From Owenia fusiformis (lineage: Eukaryota), in contig CAIIXF020000001.1 in NCBI GenBank assembly GCA_903813345.2, positions 21,762,001 to 21,826,000 of the forward strand: DNA of 64,000 nt, given 5' to 3'. Below, one piece after another: positions 1 through 12,400 of the stretch (positions are counted from its first letter, which is position 1; each line of letters opens with the position of its first letter). The translations under genes and the position numbers were made by a program. The notes beneath the pieces are model-generated. The model was given only the letters and a program-made list of their open reading frames with translations. It searched no databases and had not been told where the DNA came from.

Positions 1-24
1 CTTTGCCTTTTTAATTTCTTTTAG

Positions 25-3000
25 GTTTATTTAAATTTCTGGATGACTACTATGCAACAATGAGATTAGAAGAGTCTAAAGCTAAAGGTGGCGCCGATAT
101 AACCGAGGACAGCCAATCACTGACAATACATGACAATACAACAATTTCTCACGATGGTGCCAATTCTCCAAAGAAAAAGAAACATAGGATACGAGCCAAA
201 TCAGAAAATAAAAAGACTGCAGACAATACATTCCATGTGAGTCTCATTATGTTAATTGGACTTTCTTTTGATTAATACAAAAATTGAAACAAAGCAATCA
301 AATGATTTTAGTACAGAAATTTTACATTTATATCAATATTTATGGTACGTTGAATTAGGGGAAAGTGAGATATTGTTTTTGTATCTATTTTTCTTTTGAT
401 AAGAGTTATCAACTTCATGAATAATTGCATGTGATATTGTGGCTTGCTTTATTCACCAATCCTGTTCCATCTTTAGCTTGAAGATGCTGCAGAAGAAAGG
501 ATGCGGAGGATAATGGAACGGTCCATCAAAGAGGACACAATGTCAGTGAACAATCTAAGAGCTTCCAGGTTTATAAGACCGAAGAGGTGTGTAAATACTA
601 AATATTATGGTTTGTTTTGGGATATTTTAGCAATCTTTTGTATATTTTTTTGATGTTTTTGCATGGTGTTGGTTTTGATTTTTGTTTTTTTTATAAGATT
701 TATAGTGATTTGGGTGTGATTGAGTTATTTAAAGATTCTGTTAGATGCAACTTATGCCAATGGGCATCCAGCGGCATGATTTCATAGTGTATGTTATGCA
801 AGAAATTATGAAATAAATTGAATTGAAAAAATGCCTTGGCATATCTTACTCTTGTCTTTAAAAAGAATTACAATATTTGCTCCACATAGATATAGTTCTG
901 AATCTGGAAATATTAATATCAAGAATATCAAACAACCAGACAAGATAAGCAGAGTGAAATACAATTCAGCTAATGATAAACACTGTTTTAATTTCAGTTC
1001 TCCAGCTTTAGTTGAGTTCCAGAATAATGCCCTTAGTAACAAGTATGGTTCAATGGCTCTGAACATGAGACAACAGTTCTCTGAGGTTCATGAAGAGAAA
1101 GCCGTTGTGCTGCATGATGAATTGGAACACAGGGAGAGGTAGGTTTGATGTACTGATGGCTGTCTGTATTCTTGCTAATGACAGAGTGTTCCTAGAACTA
1201 GGCCCATTTCATAATGATATACATACAATGGAAAAGATTTTACCATACAAATCAGACTCCAAATTTTTGAGAGTAATTCCAGGTTTTATTCTTTGACACA
1301 AAAGAAGGAGTAAAATACTAGTTGTCCCACATCAGCATTCAATCAGGTCCAACATGTTAATAATGTTAATAGAATCAGGTCCAATATGTTAATGATGTTA
1401 ACAGAATCAGGGCCAACATGTTATTGATGTTAACAGAATCAGGTCCAACGTGTACATGATGTTAATAGAATCAGGTCCAACATGTTAATGATGTTAACAT
1501 AATTCAGGTCCAACATGTTAAAATGCTGGTAACATGTTAACAATAGTTATCACGTCAATTTCTTGAATGGAAAACAACCCTTTATTCATTTTTGTGTGAG
1601 TAATATACATGTGCATGTGAATTTCAGACAAAGACTGAAGGTGTGTCAGAACAAATATGTGTCACTGAGCAGTAAAGGTTTAGGTCTCCACCGTATGTTG
1701 GAAGATATGAGGGCCAGGAGTGCAACACTCATGGAAAGACCTGATGAGAAGAAAAATAAGAAACGCAGCGATCACCAAGCCTGGTATGTATATGTTATAC
1801 ACTGCATACCCCATACGTTTCACAATGAATTCTACACATCGTCCATTCTTTTAAACACTCAGCAATTTTGTGAAAGATAATTTTGTACTTATATCACTTT
1901 TTATCGGCAAAATATGATCTGATTATCAATTGTTGCTATATGTTCATAATAATCCAAATTACTCACATGTACTGTCCATAATAATCCAAATTACTTACAG
2001 GTACTGTCCATAATTATCCAAATTACTCACATGTACTGTCCATAATTATCCAAATTACTTACATAAATCACCCATTTTTAGGATGTTGCTTCCTCTTCAT
2101 AATAATCAAAATTACTTTAAACATAAACCATCTATTTTCAGGTATGTTGACCTCCAACTACATATGCCAGAAGATGCCAATCAGTATTGGTATTTCCACA
2201 AAATAATGGAAAAACTTGCTAAATTTGCAGCAGTAAGTGACTATTATATGTCCCATATTATGTTGGAACCAAATTGCATCAAAATAATTCCGTCTTATGA
2301 TTTATTGATTGATTGACCAAATAAATAATATTTATGTCCTGAATCTACATGTGATTTTGTAATTTGTGCCACAATCATAAAAATCAAGCACATTTCCTTT
2401 TGAGATTTCCTTAATGTTGCACCATATCAATTCTGTGAATAGTTTTTGCAAACCCGAAGTGTAACAATCTACTTGAAACAATTTGGGTTTGCAGGTTGAG
2501 AGTTTGTGATGTTTTGCATTGAGTGATCCATTTGTATTGAAAAAATATGTATTCATTTCTAATCTAACAGAAAATGGCGGAGAAAGGCTCAGAAGAGGTA
2601 TTCATAACCCCTTAATCATTAATGTTTTGAAAATGTTTTAATCATTTATTTTAATAAATTATTTTCTTCTATATTTCGATTATTGCACTTTTTACATGTT
2701 TTAATTTTGCCCATTTTCCTTGGTTTTGGGAATTTACGAATTTATTATTCTGCATAATCTTTTATAGGTCTTTACTATTTCTGATAAATATTTTTATTAT
2801 AAGCAATTACATTCCTGGTATACTCTATACATTTTATTTCTCAGTTTTGAAATGCATGTACATTTTGTCAGGCACAATTTCAAGTCAAGAGCTATGCACA
2901 TTTCTGCTTCGTGTAGGTTGTCGTCGGTGAAACTTTTATTTAATTGATTTGTATTACATAGTTTTAAGTGACTGTATCCTTGTATGCAATCTAAAGTCAG

Positions 3001-5075
3001 AAACTGGAACTATCTGAGAGATTGACAACAAATTCAAATATTCAAAATTACATATCTGATTTATACTTGATGATAAACATAACATAGCAAACATCATATT
3101 TAATTTAAATTCATTTTCTCTCTTATGCTGTTATACTCCTATACTGTACTGTGTGTGCACAATGCACATAACTTTGTCAGTTTTGCATCAAGTTCTCGCT
3201 CATATATCCTTTTTCACAATGATTATGATTAAAACACCATTGACTGATTTCAAACAGGGTACAAAAGTAGGAAATCATGTAGGGGTATACAAGAGGATGG
3301 GAAATCATGTAGGGGTATACAAGAGGTTGGGAAATCATGTAGGGGTATACAAAAAGGGTAGGAGATTGTGTAGGTGTATATAAAAGAACATGTGTGGTTA
3401 CTCTGCAATGAAAAAGGGGTAGCTCTAGAGCAAAGACTTGATGCAATACTGCTATACCTGTGTGTGTACATGCACTGTGATTGATTATCTTAACATGTTG
3501 TTCTGTTGTTAACACCTAACAGTTGCCCTCTGAGGAAGAGCAGGAGTTAAGAGAGGCTGAGGCTCAGGTAAGACTATTGTCTTCTTTGCCTTGATTTGAT
3601 TTGATTTGATTTGATTTGAAAACTATATTTATTCTGGGTAGCTCTATCAGTGCAAAAAACTGGTCTTCCTAGAGGCCCAGTAATAATTTACAATTATTTA
3701 CAATGTGTACACCTTCAGGTAATATATGACATAAATATGTGAACCCTTTTTTAATATGTGAATATGGGCTCCCCCTTTACTTTTGGTCATGCCTTCTTGT
3801 GAAAAAGTACACTAAAACCTTTCAGATTGAACAGTACGCTAGAATGAATGTTTCTGTAATGAACACTTTTTCATGTTTTTTTCTCCAGATTTCCATGTAA
3901 AAGTGACCTTTCTAAATCCTGTCTGACCCCCAAACCAAAAATGTTCTTTGTCTTAGAGTGTTCACTTTAAAGGGGTTTTACTGTACATTTTCATTTGTTT
4001 TAACCCTTTTACAATGATTGTAACCTGTAAGTGACCATAATACCTGATTACTAGATGTTATCTACTTGAAGAATGATTCCCAGGATATTGTGTTGAGTAT
4101 AGTGCATATTCTGTAACAAGCACTGTATATGTTTTTTAGAGAATTTGAAATTAAATGTTATTCTATGATTGCATGAACTATGCACAAGTATTCTTAAAGC
4201 ACATACACATTACACAAATATGAATTAAGCTATCTTTATGGCAATTCATATAAGGGGTCCCATATTCACTGGTGATCCACTCAATTACGCTGGTTACCAA
4301 AACGGTTCGTTTTGGTAACAAAATGTTGGAACGTCGAATGTACGATTTTTCTTTTTTCCTTATTTCACGCGTTGTAGGCAGAATCCCCACGAAGTTTTTG
4401 GTAAACGGTTAGGGTTAAAAGTGCAGATCTTAACTGTTTTTCGAAAAACCTTTAATGTAGCTTAAGTGAGGAATTAAATCGACGATTCTGTTGTCTTCTG
4501 AACTATTTGTAGGCAAATATGTACATTTTCTTAAACATGTGATACTGATACACGTTTGTGTTAAAAATGTCACTTGAAATAAGGAAAAAAGAAAAATCGT
4601 ACCTTCCATGTTCCGACATTTTGTTACCAAAATGAACCGTTTCGGTAACCAGTGTAATCGAATTGATCACCAGTGATATTGTTTCCACATCAAACTTCTG
4701 TAATATCTTTAAAACTTTCAAGTACTCAATTTTTAATGTTCAGTCTTTGGATACTATTTATGACACTAACATGGCACAAACATTGCCTTGACATTTTTTT
4801 TACTTTTTCAGCTGGAATCTGGAAGCCAACAAGGCACCTACAAGTTCCTCAAGGTATTAGCCGCCTTAAGACATTGGGAAATATTAAATCCAGATATTTC
4901 GGCAGCAATTGAATTTTGCAGAGAAAAAATCATCCAAATGCCAATTGAGGAATACGAGGAATGGTTTAGGTCACAATTTCCCACAATTGAACGACCCCAA
5001 ACAGCACCACCTAGTATAAAAGGAGACACTAAACAGCGTGAACATTCCCATCAACGGGAAAAGTCAGCTCGGTGA
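25..5075 (+). CDS. CCDC60: Coiled-coil domain-containing protein 60 homologue (DUF4698), 5'-partial; exons 25-236, 477-586, 998-1138, 1628-1783, 2142-2232, 4812-5075 (plus candidate cassette exons 2571-2597 and 3523-3567)
   Basis: All junctions are GT-AG and phases join into one open frame ending TGA at 5073-5075. The C-terminus KFLKVLAALRHWEILNPDISAAIEFCREKIIQMPIEEYEEWF resembles the recalled vertebrate CCDC60 C-terminus (LLKVLQDLRIWELCSPDIAVAIEFVREHIIHMPQEDYISWL). The upstream WYVDLQLHMPED...KIMEKLAKF block also matches. Confidence 0.88.
1341..1520. repeat. Intronic minisatellite, ~6 x 32 bp
   Basis: Unit aatcaggtccaacatgttaatgatgttaacag starts at 1341, 1373, 1405, 1437, 1469 and 1501. Confidence 0.9.
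1945..2065. repeat. Intronic tandem repeat, ~4 x 32 bp
   Basis: Repeated cataat(a/t)atccaaattact(c/t)acatgtactgtc. Confidence 0.85.
2571..2597 (+). CDS. CCDC60: Candidate 27-nt cassette microexon of CCDC60 (KMAEKGSEE)
   Basis: ctaacag acceptor, GAG|gtattc donor, phase 0-0, purine-rich and stop-free, inside the phase-0 intron 2233-4811. Confidence 0.45.
3268..3380. repeat. Tandem repeat, ~3.5 x 30 bp
   Basis: ggaaatcatgtaggggtatacaagagg(a/t)tg repeated; explains the repetitive ORFs at 3153-3515. Confidence 0.9.
3523..3567 (+). CDS. CCDC60: Candidate 45-nt cassette exon of CCDC60 (LPSEEEQELREAEAQ)
   Basis: ctaacag acceptor, strong CAG|gtaaga donor, phase 0-0, stop-free, GA-rich. Confidence 0.6.
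4267..4675. mobile_element. Non-autonomous TIR element, CAC...GTG ends, 5-bp TSD (Transib/RAG-like signature)
   Basis: Ends cactggtgatc...gatcaccagtg, imperfect TIR of ~105 bp, ATATT on both flanks (4262-4266, 4676-4680). Confidence 0.75.
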
Positions 5076-6266
5076 TATTTATAAACATGGAGGTAGTTCA
5101 TATTAGGGGTCATCTCAAAAGTCTTGCATTAAATTCCACTAGATTAGTTTATCAGGTCTGTTTAAGTGTTAGATCAAGATCACCCCCACCCTAATTTTTA
5201 TGAAACACAATTTTGAATTGTGAAAAAAGTACTTTCACATTTTTCAATTTATCAAAACCACATTTTAATACCTACTATAAAAAGCGACATGTAGAATTTA
5301 GCGTAAAACATATGTGATGGTGCCCTAATCTGATAATTGTGCACTCAAATGAAATGCAGTAAAACTATTATTAAATAGTATTTAATAACATTTTAAACAA
5401 ATAATGTTAGCAGTGATACAGACTGTGATTAAAGCCAAATGAGATTATAATTTTTATTATTGACTGTAAAACGTGTGAACATTTTAGTCAATTTTACATA
5501 ATAGAACCTGATTGGAAATGTTGATGTCAATCATCTAAGATGCAAAAATTGTGTAAAGATTGATTGAATGTATATTCAACTTCGAGCCAATCAGTTTGTC
5601 GGACTATGAAATATTGATTTTTTTCATCTAAAAAACTGTGTTCACTCTTAAATTGTCTGTAGCAAATCGTGAGTAAGATTGTATTTTGTAACGATTTTAT
5701 TAAAATAAAGTACATGTAGAACCTGTTTAAGTGGAACACCATTGGGACCAAAAAGTGTTCCACTTGCAAGTTGTTCCACTCACAGAAAAGTTTCACTTAT
5801 CAGTTTCTAGGTGTATATGGGATTCATGAAAATGGCTTAATCTCTGAAACAGGGTGTTTATTCAAATGAATTTTTTCTTAGATTTATCTCGTACAGTATT
5901 CATTATCAACTTCACAAATGAATGCAATACATAGGGCTTTTATAGGTTATTGTTATATACCCCTAAACTTGTGGTACCATATCTAAAAAAGTATTGAAAA
6001 CTTTTACTGATAACATGCATTGTTTCAGTTTACCACTAGTCACTATAGTCCACCTTTTGAGTGTGTGTGTAACTATGGTGATGTAATCAAACTTTGTTCA
6101 TTCTTTACATTCAGTTTTTCAGCACTTGATCTAATAATCTGATAATAAGTAGGGGTTTAGCGAAGAAATAGTCCAATTCATAATGCTGGGATGTTTTGAT
6201 ATGTCAAAATAAATTAGTTTGTCATAATAATTAATTGAGAACATTTTTGGTAACATTTTACATGTA

Positions 6267-6368
6267 CAGTGAAGCCTGTATAAACAAACACCTGGCTAAT
6301 CCGAACACCTTCCAATCAGAATGATTTTAGCCAATCAAAATTGTGTTCGGATTAGATAGGTCTTACTG
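6267..6368. mobile_element. pogo/Tigger-like MITE
   Basis: TA|cagtgaagcct...tcttactg|TA; related ends near 3833-3983, 21157 and 29926-30477. Confidence 0.6.
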
Positions 6369-7544
6369 TACATAAAATCCCATTCAAACGGAACTGTAGA
6401 ATATGACTACTGATTCTATTTAATAGACTTGCTATTCTGGTGAGAACCACTCCATATGAAGGAAATATAATATATTTTCTCAATATTCATACTTTGACTG
6501 TTATACACTGTATTATGACTTCAATATACATTCCATGTTATACACTCAATATACCAAAAAATATGTCACCACTTTGGCAAGTCATGAATATAACCAACCA
6601 TGACTTTGTTAAAAGATGAAACAATAAGAATAAAATGTATTTATTAAATAATAAAACATGATTTATTTTGTCGATACATATTATATACTAGTATATGTTT
6701 GCACATATTACAAAACATTAAAACAGTATCTTTTATAGAATTCTTTAAAACAATGTTTAGATATAAATGATTTATTATACCTTTTAAATACAAAACTTCC
6801 TGTCACTGGTTGAAATTTGGCAGCCATTTTGAAAAATGGCTACCTATTAGCCAAATTGTATCATGCTATGAGAATCCACATATCAAATATAAAAAAAATC
6901 CACTACTCCCTGTTACACCAAAAATCAGTAGGAATTTAGAAATTTGGCTTTCAAGCATAACTTGTATTCACATAGGCCATATACATATCAAATATAAACA
7001 ATATTGGACCAACAGTATTTGAGTTATTACTACACACAAAATTACAGGTAAATCTAAAGCCTGGATTTTCTAGATTCAGCTTTTCAGCACTGAGCAATAT
7101 CATGTATATGTAGTACAATAATAATATCATCGGTATATTCTGGCATGGACAATTGTAAATTATATTTTAAATGTGATTTACTATTTACCACTTTGGCACA
7201 GTACAGGAGTCAGAAGTATTATTTTTTCCCAAAATGCAAAAACCTTCAGTTAACAGAAGAAGTAAAACAAAGTTTAATAAGAAGTTCATACATATTCTAT
7301 CAACTGTTTTTATTAAGAAGTAATTTATTATATCATGATGTTAAATTATAAATACTATTTAACTTAAACTCTTTATACCAAGCACATAAAAGAAAGATCA
7401 ATATTTTAAGGAGGGCAGAGTAGGATGACATAACCTTGAACATGCTCACCCTGAGCCAAATAGCCCATACACATAAATATTTCCCTAGTGCTCCTAATTC
7501 ATGCACATGTTAAATTCTATCACAAAAAAGCCTTTAAAAATAAT

Positions 7545-7655
7545 AGGCATTAACATGCAAAATGTCACCACCTGCCATTTGTTACAGATGCAGAATGCCA
7601 ACCGCCGTACGGTATCACAAAAAAAGTTAAGAGACCATTACACTTGTAGTGGTGA
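7545..7655. repeat. Dispersed ~110-140 bp repeat (Helentron/DINE-like non-autonomous family); other copies at 24206-24335, 25511-25610, 28100-28226 and inverted at 57192-57339
   Basis: Shared core aggcattaacatgcaaaatgtcaccacctgccatttgttacagat. The 57192 copy starts ttttatgtcaccgcc-agaa-gtggtgacata, a T-run followed by a short subterminal hairpin. Confidence 0.7.
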
Positions 7656-8345
7656 TATACAAATTGCATTTATTCACATTTACTCGAGTCTCTAGCCAAA
7701 TCACTTAGCTAGAAGACATGGCATGTGGACCACGGTGCACTAGTGAAAACATTGATTCTGGAGTAGGATTTTTTTAGATGTTATTCTAAAAATTGTAATG
7801 AGAATATTTCATTAAATAGAATGTAAACGAATACTACCCTTTCTGAGATATTGCATGCTTTCGTCTAAACTTAAAATCATTTGGTCTGCCATTTATAAAA
7901 ACATCTGTTGAGGTTGATCTTTATCTCGCTTTAGCGAAAAACAAAATGGCCACTTTTACCGAAGGATTTTTTTCAAAAGATTGCTCTTAGAAAAGACTAA
8001 ATAAAAGCCAATGTAGATGGTCATATGAACAAAGACTACATACTATGTTCAGTGAAGGTATGTTTATTACATTTGAGTTAATTTATAGCAACAGACCACA
8101 CGGGATAGCGAAAAAGCGATAAAACAAACAGGGTTTAATGATAGCGTAAGGCCACACTGTGGCCAAAGAATAAGGTAAATTCACATCATCTAAACAATTT
8201 CAACAATTCTGTTGCAAACTGTAATACATTGCACTGAATATAAAAGGGGACAGTTTAGTGTAAACATTTATTTGCCAGAAAACTCATCATACTCTGCCTA
8301 CCTTAAGTTAATATACTTGAGTTAGAGGCTTTTAAGCAGAGAAAG

Positions 8346-8435
8346 TAGTCTAGCTACAAGCTCTTGTGACCTCGCCCGCCACTACAAGTAAGAAGGTGTG
8401 TAGTCTGGGGGTCACAGAGGCTTGTTGCAAGACTA
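8346..8435. mobile_element. Short palindromic MITE-like element
   Basis: tagtctagctacaagctcttgtgacc...ggtcacagaggcttgttgcaagacta imperfect inverted repeat. Confidence 0.55.
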
Positions 8436-9440
8436 CATAGAGAGCATATTTTGTTTAAGTAAGCCCAGAAAGATATCATGCAGCACTCAAGTGTCAGTTA
8501 GTTTGCATTCAAACACCCTTATGTGTACCTTATAGAAGATGCAAAGCATAATTAGACATTTCCAATAAATCCTGACACCTTTTGGTGAACCCAAGAAACT
8601 ATGATATATTGTCTCGATTAATGATGTCATACTTTTACAGGTAGCAATATTTGCAAAATTGTATGACATTTTGGTAAGCAAAAGGTTAATCCTTCTTCTG
8701 TGCTGAAACTGCATGAATGACCTTAAAACTAACTAAAAGGTGCCACGATTTATTGAATTGGTCTATTGCCATTATATGGAGTATTGTTACCATGTACCAT
8801 GTTAATATTTCATAGAAAGCAGCAGACTATAGACTTATGTTATTGATAGTTCATATAAGAATAGAAGTGCAGGTCAGCTGTGGTTAGACTCAGGCAGCAT
8901 GTCTTGCATTTGCTGCAAAACAAATAGGAGAAATACATGAAAATTCAGCAATCATAGGGTGCTTTAAATGCTGCTTTCAGAGACTTTTGTATGAATAGCT
9001 TTGCAAGATCATCCATTCTTGATGAGCTTTGATAATTTTTTTCTTTATTGAGTTGAAGATAGGATCAAAGCGCATTGAAAATAGACAAATGAATGCAAGA
9101 AAATTATTTCACAAATGCCTAGATTATGTCCGATTTTCAACTTTTAGCACAAATCTGAGTAAGAATTTTCCTTTTTTCACTTATTAAAGGTCTATTATGT
9201 TTTTTGATTAAAGTAAAGAATATATATTAAAATCCCTGAATCTGAGATATGAGAAAACATGTTACATGTACTGCACTTTCCGCCACTAACATCTGTAACC
9301 CACCAAATCTGTGACACTTCAATCAAAGATATTCTGTAACACCCTTCTGATCAATCCTTCAGTGTCAGCAATCATTTACATTAACAGAGCACGTGCAGAC
9401 ACGTGAAGTGCCTAATCTTTTACTATGATGCACTATAATT

Positions 9441-12400
9441 TTATATTTTGTCATTATAATACATTTGATTTTGTTGAGGAATCTTACAAGGATATTCCTC
9501 CTTTTCCTCCCCGACAACATATCCATGGTTTACCTCCATCTTAACGTGATTCTCGTCTTCAGCATATTTCTCAATAGCCCATGGTTGGACCACACCACGT
9601 GCCAGTATTAGAAAGGCAATCATCCCAAACACTCCAATGGCAACTGCTATAAGATATGTGACCTGCCACTCTTCACGAGTTCCCTGGAACACAGAGACAA
9701 TCACATTGCAATTCATGAAAAATCCAGCAGGCACAGTTATTCAAATTGCAATTTTACATAGAAACATGCCATTCTCTTGAAATTAGGAATGTGAAAATTG
9801 CATTTCAATAAAAAACACAAGACATAAAAGGGTACCCATAAAAGACATAATTAGTTTCTAGCTTGACAAACTGTATGCAGTGAAACAATGTGAGTTCTTA
9901 CATCAGGCATTAGCATTTGAATGTATGAGTACTTACATCAACTGTGAGCATTTGAATGTACTGTACAAGTATTTACATCAGGCTTAGGCATTTAATGAAC
10001 AAGTATTCATATTAGGTGTGAGCATTTGAATGTACAAGTACTAACATTAGGTGTGAGCATTTGAAAGTACAAGTACTTACATTAGGTGTGAGCATTTAAA
10101 GACCAAGTACTCATATTAGGTGTGAGCATTTGAATGTACAAGTACTTACATTAGGTGTGAGCATTTAAAGAACAAGTTCTCATATTAGGTGTGAGCATTT
10201 GAATGTACAAGTACTAACATTAGGTGTTAGCATTTGAATGTACAAGTACTTTCATTAGGTGTTAGCATTTGAATGTACTAGTACTTACATTAGTTGTGAG
10301 CATTTAAAGAACAAGTACTCATATTAGGTGTGAGCATTTGAATGTACAAGTACTTACATTAGGTGTTAGCATTTGAATGTACAAGTACTTACATTAGGTG
10401 TGAGCATTTAAAGAACAAGTACTCACATTAGGTGTGAGCATTTGAATGTACAAGTACTTACATTAGGTGTGAGCATTTAAAGAACAAGTTCTCATATTAG
10501 GTGTGAGCATTTAAAGAACAAGTACTCACATTAGGTGTGAGCATTTGAATGTACAAGTACTTACATTAGGTGTGAGCATTTAAAGAACAAGTACTCATAT
10601 TAGGTGTGAGCATTTGAATGTACAAGTACTTACATTAGGTGTTAGCATTTGAATGTACAAGTACTTACATTAGGTGTGAGCATTTAAAGAACAAGTACTC
10701 ACATTAGGTGTGAGCATTTGAATGTACAAGTACTTACATTAGGTGTGAGCATTTAAAGAACAAGTTCTCATATTAGGTGTGAGCATTTAAAGAACAAGTA
10801 CTCACATTAGGTGTGAGCATTTGAATGTACAAGTACTTACATTAGGTGTGAGCATTTAAAGAACAAGTACTCATATTAGGTGTGAGCATTTGAATGTACA
10901 AGTACTTACATTAGTTGTGAGCATTTAAAGAACAAGTACTCACATTAGGTGTGAGCATTTGAATGTACAAGTACTTACATTAAGTGTGAGAATTTAAAGA
11001 ACAAGTACTCACATTAGGTGTGAGCATTTAAAGAACAAGTACTCACATTAGGTGTGAGCATTTGAATGTACAAGTACTTACATTAAGTGTGAGAATTTAA
11101 AGAACAAGTTCTCATATTAGGTGTGAGCATTTGAATGTACAAGTACTTACATTAGGTGTGAGCATTTGAATGTACAAGTACTTACATTAAGTGTGAGCAT
11201 TTAAAGAACAAGTTCTCATATTAGGTGTGAGCATTTGAATGTACAAGTACTTACATTAGGTGTGAGCATTTGAATATAAAAGTACTTACATTAGGTGTGA
11301 GCATTGTAATGACTACAGGAGCCACCATACCAGGGATTGTACCTATAGTATTTGTAATCCCAAATAACAGCCCTGCATATCTGTAATATAGTAAATAAAT
11401 AAATGAGAGTACATCAGATTTCAAGTTTTACATTGGCCTATCTGCCTATACAGTATTATTTTCATCAATCTTGGATAAAATTTAGTAAAAGAAGCCTATG
11501 TTCTTCGTTTCCTTATCAAATAATATTTCTAAAACAAAATTAGCATTACATTAGGACACCCTGTTAGACTGTAAAAAAATATTTTTGATTTTCCACAGCA
11601 CATTTTTTTTTACCTTGGTGCAATGTCGACATGGTTGACCTGATAGCCAGATTTCTGTGGTCCTGTACATATTCCAATTAGTGCAAGTAGTACTAAGGCT
11701 TGTATCCTTAGATCACAATCAAGGAAACTCACCCAGACAGTCAGTATAGCAGGCAATACTATACCTGAAAAAGATGATATATTAGATCTTGTATTTATAG
11801 AACATTATATTTATTTAATTTCTTGTACCAACAGAGTTTTTTATAACATACTGTCCTGGGTTACTGCACACACCTTGCTAAAGACTTCAGGAAGATAAGT
11901 CAGGTCCTGAGCCAGATATAAGACGTTTTGTAGCATTGTACCGAAACACATAAAGCCTTTATTATGTACACTAGGCTTTACATTGTGCTTGCAGTATTTA
12001 ATTTTTATGAATGCGTACAAGAGAAGTTCCTGGAAACATTTTTTCAATTTTAAAGTCCAATGATGGCACTTCATGAATTTACAGCCAATAGAATAATGGT
12101 TTTCAGTCAATAATTCATATAATTTTTCAATCTTCTTTACAATAATTTCCCAAGGTTGTATTTGTCTAGTCTGGAAGGGGTTGCCTCAAATAACATAACA
12201 TGCAGCTTCTAGAGTGGCAATAATGACAGTACCTACAAACTGGAATAACTTCCTGACTGCGACTGTGGACAACCATTTCTTCGAACGAATGACATCTGCA
12301 AGTTTGGCAAATGCGACCACAGACACTATACCAATCACCATGACAATAGCTGACAAGACACCATTCTAAACAAAACACAAATACATTTGTTTCATACATT

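Noticed and set aside
2917-2943. Possible alternative terminal exon of CCDC60 (VVVGETFI*)
   Set aside because: Only an acceptor-like gtgtag supports it, and it would delete the most conserved part of the protein.
3153-3515. ORFs with repeated GNHVGVYKR / IPLHDFP peptides
   Set aside because: Translations of a 30-bp intronic tandem repeat.
7731-8161. RSS-heptamer-like ends CACGGTG...CACTGTG
   Set aside because: No extended TIR match, no 5-bp TSD (tggac vs gccaa) and no nonamer.
9890-11310. CRISPR-like array (35-bp periodicity)
   Set aside because: Units are contiguous with no unique spacers, there are no cas genes, and the context is a eukaryotic intron; it is a minisatellite.
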